Shown here in pieces: positions 29,920 to 43,283 of a stretch of 64,000 nt of DNA; position 1 is the stretch's first letter, and each line of letters starts with the position of its first letter. The notes under the pieces are model-generated. The model did no database searches. It was not told the DNA's origin and was given only the letters and a program-made list of their open reading frames with translations. Made by a program: the position numbers and the translations under genes. This DNA comes from Octopus sinensis (lineage: Eukaryota), in the NCBI RefSeq assembly GCF_006345805.1, contig NC_043001.1, forward strand, positions 89,900,001-89,964,000, written 5' to 3'.

Positions 29920-32249
29920 ATATTCAAATGAGCTTCTAGGGTTTCTTATAATTCGATCTCTCACTGTTGCAAAATGGGGCACCACCGATAACAGAAACTG
30001 GATTTTTCAGTTTTTCCTCTGCTGTGACAGTATTAACATTGATTCTCCCTGCTTTTTCTTTCTCTCTCTCTTTTTTCCTTTTGTCTCCCACTCTGTCTTT
30101 CTCTACATCTTTTTACTTTTCCAGCACTCTTTTTCATTATTTTTCTCCTCCCCAAACCTCGAGTGCGTGTGTATGGCTGTATGTCTGTCTGTATACATAC
30201 CTGCATATATGTATACATTTGTGCATATATATACATGCATATATATAATAGAGAGAGAGAGAGAAAAATTATAACCCTTTGGTTTGTAAGTTTGAATGAT
30301 AACGCTCGAAACTCTGGGCCCCTGCGTTAGTCTGTTGCTTCTGCTAAATAATAATAATATACATATATTTATGTATATATATATATATTCATATACATCC
30401 ACTCACATAACATCTATCTCTCATTGAGACAGTAGTAGAAGTGGAAAAATTTATTTTATCTGCTTTTTTTTTTCTGACGGTAGAAAATAAATTAGACGAA
30501 TGAATCAAATTTAAAATATTTATAAATAGTTTATTCCAACAGCAGACCGAAAATAGCAAATAAAAAAATGTATTTGATTATTCACCTATCATGTGCCACA
30601 AAAATTCGTCTGCTCTGCTCTGTAAGAAGTGATGATGGCATCCGGGAAATTTTTTTTTTTTCAATTAAAAAAAAAAATATGAAAAATTCAACCAATTATT
30701 CTATTTCTTTAAGACACTCAAATCGAACTAATGAAAATTTTAAATTGATTTTTCTGATTATATGAGGCTTCTCATATTTTTTAAACTTTTGTATTTCATA
30801 TTAAAAAAAATTACCTAGGTAATTCCTATTACATATAAATATCTATTTATTCTAGCTAGCTATATAAGCAAGTTAACCGACTAGCTACAAATCTACCTCT
30901 CTAACTGCCTGCTTGCCTGCCTTACCTACTTATTCGCCTATTCACCTAGCTAACTGCTTTACTAATCTACCTATTTACATAATTATCTGCTTCCTATCAC
31001 CTTAACTACCAATCCAACCTATCCATTAACCAACCTATTTAGTCACATACCAATCTACCTTGCTACTTACCTATTGAGCTACTTCTCGTGTTTTCCCGTT
31101 TGCAGTGAAAACTTAGGAGATATATTTTAAAAAAATATTACAGGTGTACATATAAAAATACAAAACGGTAACGAAAAAAAATTAGGCCCATTTGCGTTGA
31201 AATTTGACAATGTTTCAGAAAAGACGAGTCAGTATAGCGGAAGTGTAGTGATATCATATTTATATGATAATATATAAGATATCATTATATTTATACAATG
31301 ATATATATAGAAGTGAACTGGTATCATTGATTTTTTTTAACGGCTTTATGAAGTTTTATCAGTTTTTAATCATTAAGCGCCTTTTGAAAGCTACTGATTT
31401 ACATTCGTATAGGAGTTTGCTTTGTCACTCAGGATGGATGCGTTTTTCCCTTTTTTAAACTCTTAAAAGGGGATATGAACGCCTGGGCGTTTCCTCTTCT
31501 ATAAGTTTTTGGCTTTCTGCCCTGTCTCTTCCCCAACAAAACGAAAGTAATTTTTATTGCACAAACTATGGAAAACCTTTAACGAACGACACTTAACTCT
31601 GAAGAAAACTGTCTAGGTGTGTTCTTTGCGTGTGTGTGTGCATGAGAGAGAATAGTGTATAACTGTAAAGTTTATAATAAAGCCCTGGGAAAGATATTTA
31701 ATTATGAAGGGGTCCAGTTGAATATAACACAGTATGAATACCGTGAGGGTTGTAATTCATCAATGTAAGCAGTAGATGGCGCTCATGACAGGAGGGAGAG
31801 TTAGGGAGAAAGAAAGAGAAAAATTATGGAAATGGGTGGGAGTATGCAAGGGATGACGTTCCCTTTCATTTCTGTAAACGAGGTGGTGGTGGTGGGGGGT
31901 GGGGGTTGTAGTCTAGCTTTCACCCTCCTGCCCCATGCAGACATCAGCGTCATCGACCTCAACATATCTCAAGTTCAGAAAATCTATTTCCATCAATGTG
32001 TGTGTGTGTGTGAGAGAGAGAGAGAGGAGTATGATGCAGTTGTAAGATCTATGGAAAATCCCATGTAATGCCACTTAATCCCGTAGTGACTCAGATCACT
32101 AACATTTTAGTAAGTAACATTTGAAGTTAATGTCACTCATGTACAACGCAGAAGATGGAAGAAGAAGCAGAAGCAAATATAGAGGTGACCCTTTAGTGCG
32201 CGAGTCCATCTGACCACTTACTCTTTAGCGTGCAGTATAACCTTAACAC

Positions 32250-32390
32250 GAACTCTAACCCTAAACGAAATTTTAATCTAAACCCTAACCCTAACCCCGA
32301 GCCCTGGATCCCAACCCTAACCTTAGCCCTAACCCTAATTCTAACCTTAAACCCTAACCCTAACTTTAACCCTAACCCGTATCCTAACCC
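32250..32390 (+). repeat. degenerate interstitial telomere-like (CCCTAA)n array
   Basis: Multiple CCCTAA units and variants (CCTTAA, CTTTAA, TCCTAA). Confidence 0.8.
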
Positions 32391-32469
32391 AGATCAGGTC
32401 GTTTCACAGCACAGACAACGGATACTACGGCAGTCCGCACTCTAAAGTAGCACCAAAAATTGGTAATAT

Positions 32470-32645
32470 GAGAAGGTATTTCGTCCGTCTTTACGTATTG
32501 AATTCAAATTCCGCCAAGGTCAATCTTGGCTTTCATCCTTTCGGAGTCGATAAAAAAGCTACTAGTCGAGCACTGGGGTCGATGTAATCGTCTAACCACC
32601 TCCGCCGAACTTGCTGGCCTTGTGCCAAAATTTGAAATCAATATG
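32470..32645 (+). mobile_element. tRNA-derived SINE fragment (abundant family)
   Basis: B-box-like attcaaattccgcc and body gcctttcatcctttcggagtcgat; relatives at about 13300, 13600, 15080, 18040, 41455, 43340, 46270 and 49100. Confidence 0.7.
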
Positions 32646-32941
32646 AGAAAGTACAGTTTAATTTTGCAAGCGTCTTAAGGTACTGCCGTGTTATGAAAGA
32701 GCTTTCTTTGTAGTCTTTTTATCTCCGTATTGACCAGGCTACCAGATGTCTCTCCACGACGCTGATTACAATTCATTTCCATTTTTCCTTTCATTGTCCC
32801 CGTCTTCCTTTTGCGCCCGAATTGTTTGATTATGTCATATTCTCTTCAACTTGAATATTTTCCCCATAATATCTTCTGGACTTGAGGGGTTTCATTCAAT
32901 AACTATACAGGTATACTTGTCTGTGAGCCTTGTGACATGTC

Positions 32942-33625
32942 TGGGCCACGAAATTTTTTCCCACGAGAGTTCTGAACCCCAGTTATGAACTCATTTGGAT
33001 ATAACCAATCCGAGCTCAACTGTCAAACTAGTCACGAAAATACTCTGGCTGAGTTCAGTGGAACATGTGCATTATAGCAAAATCTAACTATTCTAAACGG
33101 GTTAGTAGGGAGGGACAAATGTGAAATTTAGTGTATAAAGTGAATGGAGAGCTGCTCACCGATGATAGCATAAGTGTTGCCAATTCGCGTAATTTACTAG
33201 AAAATGTAAATGGATGTAGTCCTAATTTGTTGACTGATATTGTACATTCCTAATTTGAAATCTTGGTGTTGATCTGGAAACATCGTAACCAATATGGCGT
33301 TGTGTTGTATTGCGCCCTCCTTGCATATATCAATGGGTACATGCAGTATCACTAATCTCAGTCTGAGCATAGGTACCTAATGTTAGCTCCATACAGAGAT
33401 GGTGCTCAATTATTCTATGTGGATTGTGGGGAAGGGGAAATGTGGTGTTTATGTGAAACCTGCTATGCTGTACTCAGAGAAGCATACACCATTCTATCCC
33501 TGACTGGCAGTACTGCAATTGTACACATTATGTGGATTCTGAAGGTGAGCTCTGATTGGCTGTATGCAAATGAGTTTATTACTGGGGTCCGGAACACTCG
33601 TGGGAAGAAAAATTACGCGCCCGGG
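32942..33625. mobile_element. about 680 bp MITE with about 70-80 bp imperfect TIRs
   Basis: Left ttcccacgagagttctgaaccccagttatgaactcatttgg is the inverse of right ...atgcaaatgagtttattactggggtccggaacactcgtgggaa; a second copy is at 59199-59877. Confidence 0.75.
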
Positions 33626-33639
33626 CCAACGAAACTTGT

Positions 33640-34620
33640 GGTTTTGATATTCTGTGATCACATCGTTCAGTTCGTTCCGTCTTCGAATTACTTTTGTCTC
33701 GAGTATGCTCCTGCAATAGTATTTCTCGCACAGATCTTTCCACGACAGTCTGTGTTGTAACCAATTGCATGTCTTATTTCTTCGAAGTAGCCCACGTTTC
33801 ACTTGTATATAAGAGCACAGGTAGATTCTTACGCAAACTCTTGTTCACTTGTTCTTTGAGTACATCTTTAATGGAGGCTAACACCTTCCACCCTGCTCTT
33901 GCTCTGTTCAACGTTCAATGTCTCGGTTAATATTTATCGTTTAGTCTATGTTGATATATTCCTTTACCTCTTCGATTGCATCGCAACCTGCCATTATGTG
34001 GTTTTGTGTTACGTTTTCCAACTGCATATATTTTGTTCATGCAGTTTATTTAAATGCCTACAGTTTAACTCTGGATGTCCAGCTCTGTCAAGAAGGGTCT
34101 TTAGCTGATCTGTTTCTGCAATGAGCTTGATGTCGTTTGCGAATCAGAGGTGTGTTAGTAGCTTGTCTTTGATTCTGACGTCACATTTCTTGTCAATGTC
34201 TCTGATGACCATTTCAACTCATGCAGTGAATAGCTTTGAAGAGATGCCATCTTCTTGTTTGACACCTTCTCGGTTGGAGCTTTACTGGCGATGATATCAT
34301 TGCTATATCGGTGGAACATCTCGAGTTCGCCTCCCCGGTTTGATGTGCTACTACTCCTTACATCTTCAGGGAGAACAGTACAGCATTTATAGTAACATAA
34401 TCGGAGGCCTTTTCGTAATTTGCGAAGGTGACACGAAAGCCAGCTTATGCGCTTTTACTTGTCTTACAAACTATGTTATCGTGTCTATCAAGGCCTATCG
34501 TGCTGTAGTTTTTCCGAAAACCTGCTGGTTCCCTCAACTGCTGATCTTCGAGATGTTCCGATAATCTGGTAACTATGATCTTTGTAAACAGTTTGTAGAA
34601 GTAGGGAAAAAGACATGGGG
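33640..34620 (-). mobile_element. decayed RTE-clade LINE, RT domain and C-terminal part
   Basis: Minus-strand translations with stops: YKLFTKIIVTRLSEHLEDQQLREPAGFRK, YEKASDYV, GVKQEDGISSKLFTA, FANDIKLIAE, LPVLLYTSETW. Confidence 0.75.
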
Positions 34621-35379
34621 CGATAGTTTCTCAGATCTTTCCGCTCTTACTTTTTATATATATAAAAAAAACAATACTCGACTCTTTACACGGCGAGGGC
34701 ATTTTTTCTTCTTTGTGGTACAGAGCTGATTTTTACCTGTGGGCCCGGAAGAAATGAAATAAGTTTTTTTTTCGTGCCACAGTGAACTACATGCAATGGC
34801 GTGGCTAGACTGTGAGCCGCCTGGGGCTGCCCTTGAATTTGAAGTGCCCCCGGGAACCTAAGCATATACAGGCTTACACAGCAGACCCAGAAGTGCTGCC
34901 CCAATGAAAGCGTCACTCGGGGCAGATCACCCTACTCCTTGCCCCCACCTGGCCATGTTACTGACTACACTAATAAACTGAATTTGCTTTTATGGCTAAG
35001 ATGCACGAGTGCAATATAACTATTTTAGGAAGTTCACATCACCTCTACATGGTTTCAGATTTGATCTCATTGCATTGCACCAAGCATCTTCTACTTTAGT
35101 TTCGGGTCGACCAAGGTATTGTGAAAGAGTTTCTTTGATGGAAACTATGCAGAAGTCCTTCAGAGCGGATTTGTAAATAGGATTCACAGAACCAAGGGCA
35201 AATCAATAAAATACAATTATTAACACTTTTACAAGTAAAACATTACGAAACACATTAGCATTCATTGAAATGAAAGCATTGTAATTATATGGAACTTAGA
35301 AAGAAGCAGCTTGTTTGCACCTATTTCAGAATATTTTAATGAATATTTTGTGTTTCATTTTCAAACGTGTAGTGATCCG

Positions 35380-35790
35380 ACAACGGCGCGCGCTCGCGCA
35401 CCGCCCATTTGTATTTCGCGCGTGTTGGTGCCTTTACCAAGGCACAGAAAGGAAGGCCCTCTCACGCATGCGCGAACCACCGGTAGCACGACCCTATTGC
35501 CTACGTAGCAGTTAGCGAGGCAAGGGGGTCGTAAGACGTTGACTACCAGCGTCCAGTCCTCGGTGACTTGGGAACCAGCGATTGAAGGCGACGGTCACGC
35601 GTATATCCTCTCTCCGTCAGGACTTGATTCTAGCAGCAGTCGGCCGAAATACCTTTAACCAAATTGTTGCCGACCACATTTCAACTTCCCTGTTCGACGC
35701 CATTTTGACCCCTTTCTGTTTTTGGGCTGGACATTGTAAATATTACAATCTATTAACTTATAGCGGTGCGCGCCCGAACCTAGGACATCA
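35380..35790. promoter_or_regulatory. CpG-rich promoter-like island
   Basis: Dense CpG/CGCG; NRF1-like ACGCATGCGC near 35466, TTTCGCGCG, and YY1-like CGCCATTTT at 35698-35706. Confidence 0.55.
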
Positions 35791-35949
35791 GATAACACAC
35801 TTATTGTTATTGTTTACCAAGAAAGAGAATAAAGTAGTTATATGTATATTTTACGTCTGCGTCCTGTTGTTTCTGACTAGTAGAATTCTGGATTATTAAA
35901 GCAACGGCTAGTGAGTGATTGCTTTGTGCACCCCAAAAGTGCACGAGGA

Positions 35950-37090
35950 TATTCACTCACACGAAGTTCGTTACAAACGCTATATTTTTCTTACTTTTGA
36001 TATGTGCATCAACATCGTTAAAAGTCGCGTTTTTTAGTTTTCGCACCTTCAGTAATAAACTGATAGTCTTTCTTGGTTTATCGAAACTCTTAAGTAAGAT
36101 CACCTTTATCTTGTCGAAAGATCACTCACCACTACTAGTTGAAATTGCTATAATGAACACAACCTGAAAAAGTTACTCTTAGATTTTGGAAAAGATTACT
36201 GCTTTCATCTCCACACTGAACAATGGTCTCGAATCAGTTATGTTTATGTTTAGACAACTTCTCAGAAACAACTTACATTCCAAGAATTTTTCAACAGGTA
36301 ATTCACTTTCGTTTGTGTCAGTCTTAGAAAACTGCATGATCCAGACAAATTCTTTAAAAGAAGTTTACATTAAAGTGCTTCTGCTTTCATTTTAGTGAAG
36401 AAATAATTCTCTTATATCTAAAATTAAAGATAAATATCGGAATTTTTAATCCGTATTATGGAGTCGAGTAAATCTTACTTCCATTCCATAATGGAGACGT
36501 TCAAGAGTATCTTTTGTTATTCTCATAATTTCATCTTTGGTAAATAACCCTACATTCTTGACTTTTCATCAGTCATTTATTTCGACTTTCTGCGGGGTTG
36601 TTTTCCCCACATAAATAACTTATTCAACATGTGGTTTTAGCCTGTCATCAAGAGGTTCACTGACGAACGATTCTCAACTACTGTAAGATAATCACAAGTA
36701 GTATCACGAAAGTTGTTGATATGGTCATGGAGTCGCTTTTAAAGATGGTCAGTCTGAATAAGAATTATATTTCAAAATCGAAACAAAATACAAGAATTTA
36801 AGCGCCAAAATACGTAATATCCAGAACCTGTCTTGCATCACCTTTTGGATCAGCTGGTTTGATTCTGGTTAACGACCATCTTTTGAAAAATTTCCACTGT
36901 GGTAATAGAGAATCCATTGATTGGCATCACAGACATTGTTCTAGAATTCTGTTTTAGATTCAGATTTGATAACTACTGAAAGCTTCCAGTTTTTGCCAAC
37001 GGAAGATCTGAACAAAGTGACTGAACTGCATCGAAAGAAGTTACCACCAACACGTCAGAACACACACACACACATACACACACACACGTA

Positions 37091-37123
<33 letters not shown>

Positions 37124-37700
37124 CAACCAACCAGCCAGCCAACCAATAAACCAACCAAACTGAGAGAATAATTAATACAGTTTACCAAAATAACGAAGCA
37201 ATTTCTTTCATTAATCTTGTTTGAACGCTACTTTTATAACCAGCCATAACTGCAGTAATTTGTTATATTAAACAGTCTTATAACGGCATTATGTCTTGTA
37301 CAAATTCAAAAATCACTTCTACCATGTTTTCAGTACCCTTTCTTTTAATTAGGCAAATACAAAACAAAACAAAAAAAGCTTCTTTTATAAATAATTTTCT
37401 CTTTGAAATCAATATCAGCAGAAAGAACTGTTTCTACCATTTGCTCATAATATGCTTGATCTGGACTAGAATCAAACATGAGACCTAAATCTTTGACCTT
37501 CTGGATGCTATGAAGCGATTTCTGGCAAACAACAGAAAACAACAGCTGATTATATGAATCCTCCAATAACGGAAACAAATATGATATTCGTCCAGGATTC
37601 TTTTCCATATTTACGAGATATTCTTTCATGATGGAATAAAGTTTGCCAACTACTTGAATAACTCTCCAAAATTTCCAGAATTACTTAGCTGTTCTACGCA
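35950..37700 (-). mobile_element. highly decayed hAT (ZMYM1-like) transposase remnant
   Basis: Fragments IAISTSSGE*SFDKIKVI / LRVSINQERLS resemble the hAT dimerisation motif (PVTSASGERSFSKLK...MSQERLS); DLGLMFDSSPDQAYY resembles LGL...GQAYDNG; many stops and frameshifts. Confidence 0.55.
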
Positions 37701-38594
37701 AGGCAAGATTTTGAATTAACTAAAAATTTTATGCATGGAATAGGCACAAGAAACTCACTTTGCAATCATGTGGTTTCGGGTTCGATATCGAAATCACCAA
37801 GGCCATGTGAAAGAATTTGGTGAACGGAAACTGTGCAGAAACCAACTCTTCGTACATGTGTATGTGTGTGTGCGTTTGTCACCACTTGATAACCGGTGTT
37901 GGTTTGTTTACGTCTCCGAAAAAAGAAATCGACAGTATTGGTATAAAACCAAAAAGGAACATAAGTACTAAGTCCATCTGCTCGCCTAAAGTTCTTAAAG
38001 GCGGTGCCACAGCATGACGGCAGTTCAGTAATTGAAACAAGTAAAAGAGACTGGAATGTTTTGTGAAGAATATGTTGCCATTTTTGTTTTTTCTGATGCT
38101 ATTTGAAAATGAATTCTTCCATTTTTTTAGGAGATTTCTTGCAATTTTCTTCCTTTGGGTGAAACAGTATGGATGGATGTTTGCCTTTTCATGGGTGTTA
38201 AACCTTTCTGGTACTTCCTAATGATAAAACCCATTTTTTTGTTGCAACCAATGCTGGATTAACTATTAAGCAAAAAAAAAAGTATGTACATAGGGCATCA
38301 AGAAGTGAAATGGGGACACCACAGAAGTGTTGAATGGTATACGGCACCAAAGTAATCACTTTAAAATTGCTTAAATAATATTCGGGATTTCGTATCTCTA
38401 CAAAGTATAGAAGCAGACGTTTTACGTAAGATTAATGTTGAGAATCTGATAAAAGATTTTGCAATTAAAAAAGATAAGAGGAAACTTTCAAGTATAAATA
38501 AAGTAGACGTATACAAAAATAAACATTATTTCCTATCTTACTGTTAGTGTTCCATTTTGAAAAATAAAAATTTATTTTATGGTTTATTATTGTT

Positions 38595-38931
38595 TGTGAC
38601 CCCCTTTCGGTCAGACACTGACCATGGGTTTGCACCTAGAGAGTTACCCTCTGAGGCACAAGTCTGGGCAAGGTTGTTTTTTATGGAAGACCAGCAGTCG
38701 CCCATGCATACCGGCCTCCCCTCTCCACGTCACCGATGTTGTCCAAAGGAAAGGCAAGGGCCGATACAGCTTGGCACCTGTGACGTTGCAACTCATTTCT
38801 ACAGCTGAGTGAACTGGAGCAACGTGAAATAAAGTGTCTTGCTCAAGAACACAGCACCCAGCCCAGTCCGGGATTCGAGCTCACAACCTCACGATCGTAA
38901 GCTCGACGCTCTAACCACTGAGCCACGCGCC
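38595..38931 (-). mobile_element. tRNA-derived SINE, near full length
   Basis: Head GGCGCGTGGCTCAGTGGTTAGAGC (A box), GCTCGAATCC (B box), then central tgtgttcttgagcaagacact segment. Confidence 0.8.
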
Positions 38932-40685
38932 TTCTACATTGCGAATTATATATGGAGGCACCAAAATCTTTTGAGTGCTTGAGGCCTCTATGGGTCTTAA
39001 TCCGGCCCTGGTTGCAACGAAGACGAATTGGCAGTCCTTGAAAATAGAAATAAAGAAATGAACAGCAAAAATTCCTTTCTTTTCCCGAGAATAAACGAAT
39101 TACGAGTGTTTAACTTCTCCACATCTATTTCTCAATCTTCGTTTAAAGCATCACTCGTTCATTGATTTTAGCATTTTAACACCTCCAACATGTATCTGTG
39201 TGTTCGTGCGTGTATGCCTGTGTTTGTGAGTGTGCATGCGTGCGTGCGTGTGTGTGCGTGTGTGTGTGTGTGTGTACACGCGTCTAGGTGTACGTGTGAG
39301 TGACAGTTGGGATCAAATCCAGATGAAGAAGGGAGATAAGTAAATATAAATTGGTTTATGACCCAAGTCATTTGCACTGTTATTCGTCTTTGTGGTTCAA
39401 ATACATGCCACTGGCCTACTCTGAGTTATTTCTCTTAGCTTGTTTTCGTTTCATTTATGCAAATTACTTAGGCTATAAATGTATTCTGCTCTTTTTTGTA
39501 TGTGTCAAATTATCTCTGCATATTTATTCTTAAAATGTCTAGCAGTTTCAGATGCAAAATATGCTGAGCGCTGTAGTGTCTGTCTTAGGAGAATAATTTG
39601 TACCTTTTACAACAACGGTGTGTTCAACACTCTCGTCTCATTGGCACACTGCATTCTCGGACACCGGCGTTTCAATATATTGTGTCCCGTCAAGCAGAAG
39701 CTGTCTCACCTCTACCACTCTCCTTTCACAATTTCGTTAACTCACCCACTAACTCACCCTCTCCCAACCCGGCCCACTTCATTACGTACACCACCCTATA
39801 ATTCAGGTCACCAGCCTCTTCACCCTCCCTGTCATAGCTTCATGATCTTCTCTCTCACACTCTCCTCTCTCCACTGTTTACCTTCTAAAGGCAGTGCTGT
39901 TTCCCCTCTGACACAAGACTCCTTTTTTGTCCCTCAATACTACTCCACACCCTCAGCTGAGGGGTCTTGTTTGGCAAGTACTTGGTAACCTCATTGCAGC
40001 TGGTGCCACGTAAAATACACCTAGTATGACCATTAAACTACAATCTGTAAAATAGTTGACTTTAGGAAGGACATCTAGCTGTAAGAATCATGCCAAAGCA
40101 AACGACAGGACTTGTTGTAGTCTTCTGCTTTTCCATTTCTTGTTGAACAATCCAACCCATGCATGGAAAATGGACATTAATTGATGTATGTATGTATGTA
40201 TGTATGTATGTATGTATGTATGTATAAGCATATATATATGTATTTTATATACGTATACATATATATATATGTATATTTTATACACACACACACACTCACG
40301 TGTGTGTGTACATTTTACATATTATTTTATTCTTTTGCTTGTTTCAGTCATTTGACTGTGGCACTGCTGGAGCACCACCTTGAAGGGTTTTAGTCAAACA
40401 AATCAACCCAGGACTAATATTTTAAGATTGGTACTTATTCTATTGATCAAGCAATGATGGGGTAGGGTGGGGGAAACAAACACAGACACAAAGACACACA
40501 CAGAGATATACATATATAGAAACAGGCTTCTTTCAGTTTTCGTCAACCAAATCCACTCACATGGAACTGAACCTGGAACCATGTTGTTGGGATGTACACA
40601 TACAATTCATGGCAGCATGGAAAACAGATGCCAAATGATGGTGATGGTGATGATGATGATGATGACATGCATGTGTATGTGTATA

Positions 40686-41307
40686 TAAGGGGAAGTAAAA
40701 AATTATCTGCACTTCACCATAACATATCTTTATTATTATCACACTGCCTTCTGCGCATTCATGCTTATAGTTGATAATATTGTGGTCCTGACTTTACAGT
40801 GTAAGCATGGCTGCTCCACTAGCAATGTGCACCAAAAAAGAACAAAGATCAGTGATTCGAGAGATGGTAATGATGAACCGGTCCATCATTACCATCTCTT
40901 AGCTTGCTGAATCTTCTTATCAGTGGTGGAGGTTGAAGGGCATCGTGCTCCCTCTGCATGCATCATGGTTGTCCAGCCACTTTTAACTTTTTGATTCACT
41001 CATACACACTTCTACGCAGCAGTGCACTTTCCCTGTATTGTGCTAAAAGCTTCCGATGGATTTCAGCACCTGACACACCTTGCGACTAGAGAAATCGGAT
41101 CACTGCTTTTTGTTCTTCTTTGGTGCACATTGCTAGAAGAGCAGCCAAGCTTAGACTGTAAAGCCAGAAAAACAAAATGGTACAATCAGGCTCAAACTTC
41201 AATCACGTGACCACAATAGTACCAACTATAAGCACACATGTGCAGAAAGCAGTGTGATAATACTAAAGATATGTTATGGCAAAAGTATGTATATTGACTT
41301 CTCCTTA
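40686..41307. mobile_element. mariner-derived fold-back MITE
   Basis: TA-flanked termini taaggggaagt / acttctcctta; both arms are copies of a mariner 5' end, including the start of the transposase (MCTKKEQRSVIR). Confidence 0.75.
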
Positions 41308-41325
41308 TATATATATATATATATA

Positions 41326-41402
41326 TTCTTCTTCTTCTTCTTCTTCTTCTTCTTCTTCTTCTTCTTCTTCTTCTTCTTCTTCTTCTTCTTCTTCTTCTTC
41401 TT

Positions 41403-41433
<31 letters not shown>

Positions 41434-41450
41434 TTATTATTATTATTATT
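41326..41450. repeat. (TTC)n then (TTA)n microsatellite
   Basis: Direct inspection. Confidence 0.95.
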
Positions 41451-41694
41451 GTTGTTAAGGCAGTGAGCTGGCAGAATTGTTAGCATGCCGGGGGTGGGGA
41501 TGCTTAGTGGCATTTGATCCATGTTTATGTTTTTTGAGTTCAAATTCCACTGAGGTCAACCTTGCTTTTCATTCTTTCAGGGTTGATGAAATATGTACCA
41601 ATGGAGCACTGGGGTCAATGTACTCGACTAGCCCCCCCCCCACAAATTCCAGGCCTTGCACCTATAGTAGAAAGGGTTATTATTATTATTATTA

Positions 41695-41907
41695 TTATTA
41701 CTCTTTACTCTTACTCTTTTACTTGTTTCAGTCATTTGACTGCGGCCATGCTGGAGCACCGCCTTTTAGTCGAGCAAATCGACCCCGGGATTTATTCTTT
41801 GTAAGCCCAGTATTTATTCTATCGGTCTCTTTTGCTGGGGATGTAAACACACCAGCATCGGTTGTCAAGCAATGCTAGGGGGACAAACACAGATACACAA
41901 ACCTACC

Positions 41908-41943
<36 letters not shown>

Positions 41944-42113
41944 CACATATATACGACAGGCTTCTTTCAGTTTCCATCTACCAAATCCACTCACAAGGCA
42001 TTGGTCGGCCTGGGGCTATAACAGAAGACACTTGCCCAAGATGCCATGCAGTGGGACTGAACCTGGAACCATGTGGTTGGTTAGCAAGCTACTTACCACA
42101 CTGCCACTCCTGC
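41695..42113 (-). mobile_element. tRNA-derived SINE with internal (CA/TA)n
   Basis: Head ggagtggcagtgtggtaag...ggttcagtccc, central cttgggcaagtgtc segment, tail ...cagtcaaatgactgaaacaagtaaaagag; relatives at 40325-40590 and 43800-43980. Confidence 0.75.
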
Positions 42114-42116
42114 ACC

Positions 42117-42147
<31 letters not shown>

Positions 42148-42269
42148 AAAATCATAAATCTTGTGAAACTACAGCTACCTAGGTTTTCTTAGTTGAAATA
42201 TTAATTTATTTTGCTATTTTTCAAACTGATAAAAATATTAAGATGGTTCGTCAGCTTCCTGTATATACA

Positions 42270-43283
<1,014 letters not shown>

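Noticed and set aside
30850-31085. Strong donor-like GTAAGT/GTAAGG matches on the minus strand
   Set aside because: They lie in a decayed (TAGG/TAGA)n tract where such matches arise by chance.
32250-32390. True telomere or telomerase RNA template
   Set aside because: The array is short, degenerate and internal, and I saw no supporting telomerase RNA structure.
37345-37629. 94-aa protein-like ORF as a new gene
   Set aside because: Better explained as part of the decayed hAT transposase; no consistent exon boundaries.
38860-38931. tRNA-like sequence (also near 49480-49556 and 42040-42113)
   Set aside because: No closing acceptor stem; it runs directly into a multicopy SINE body.
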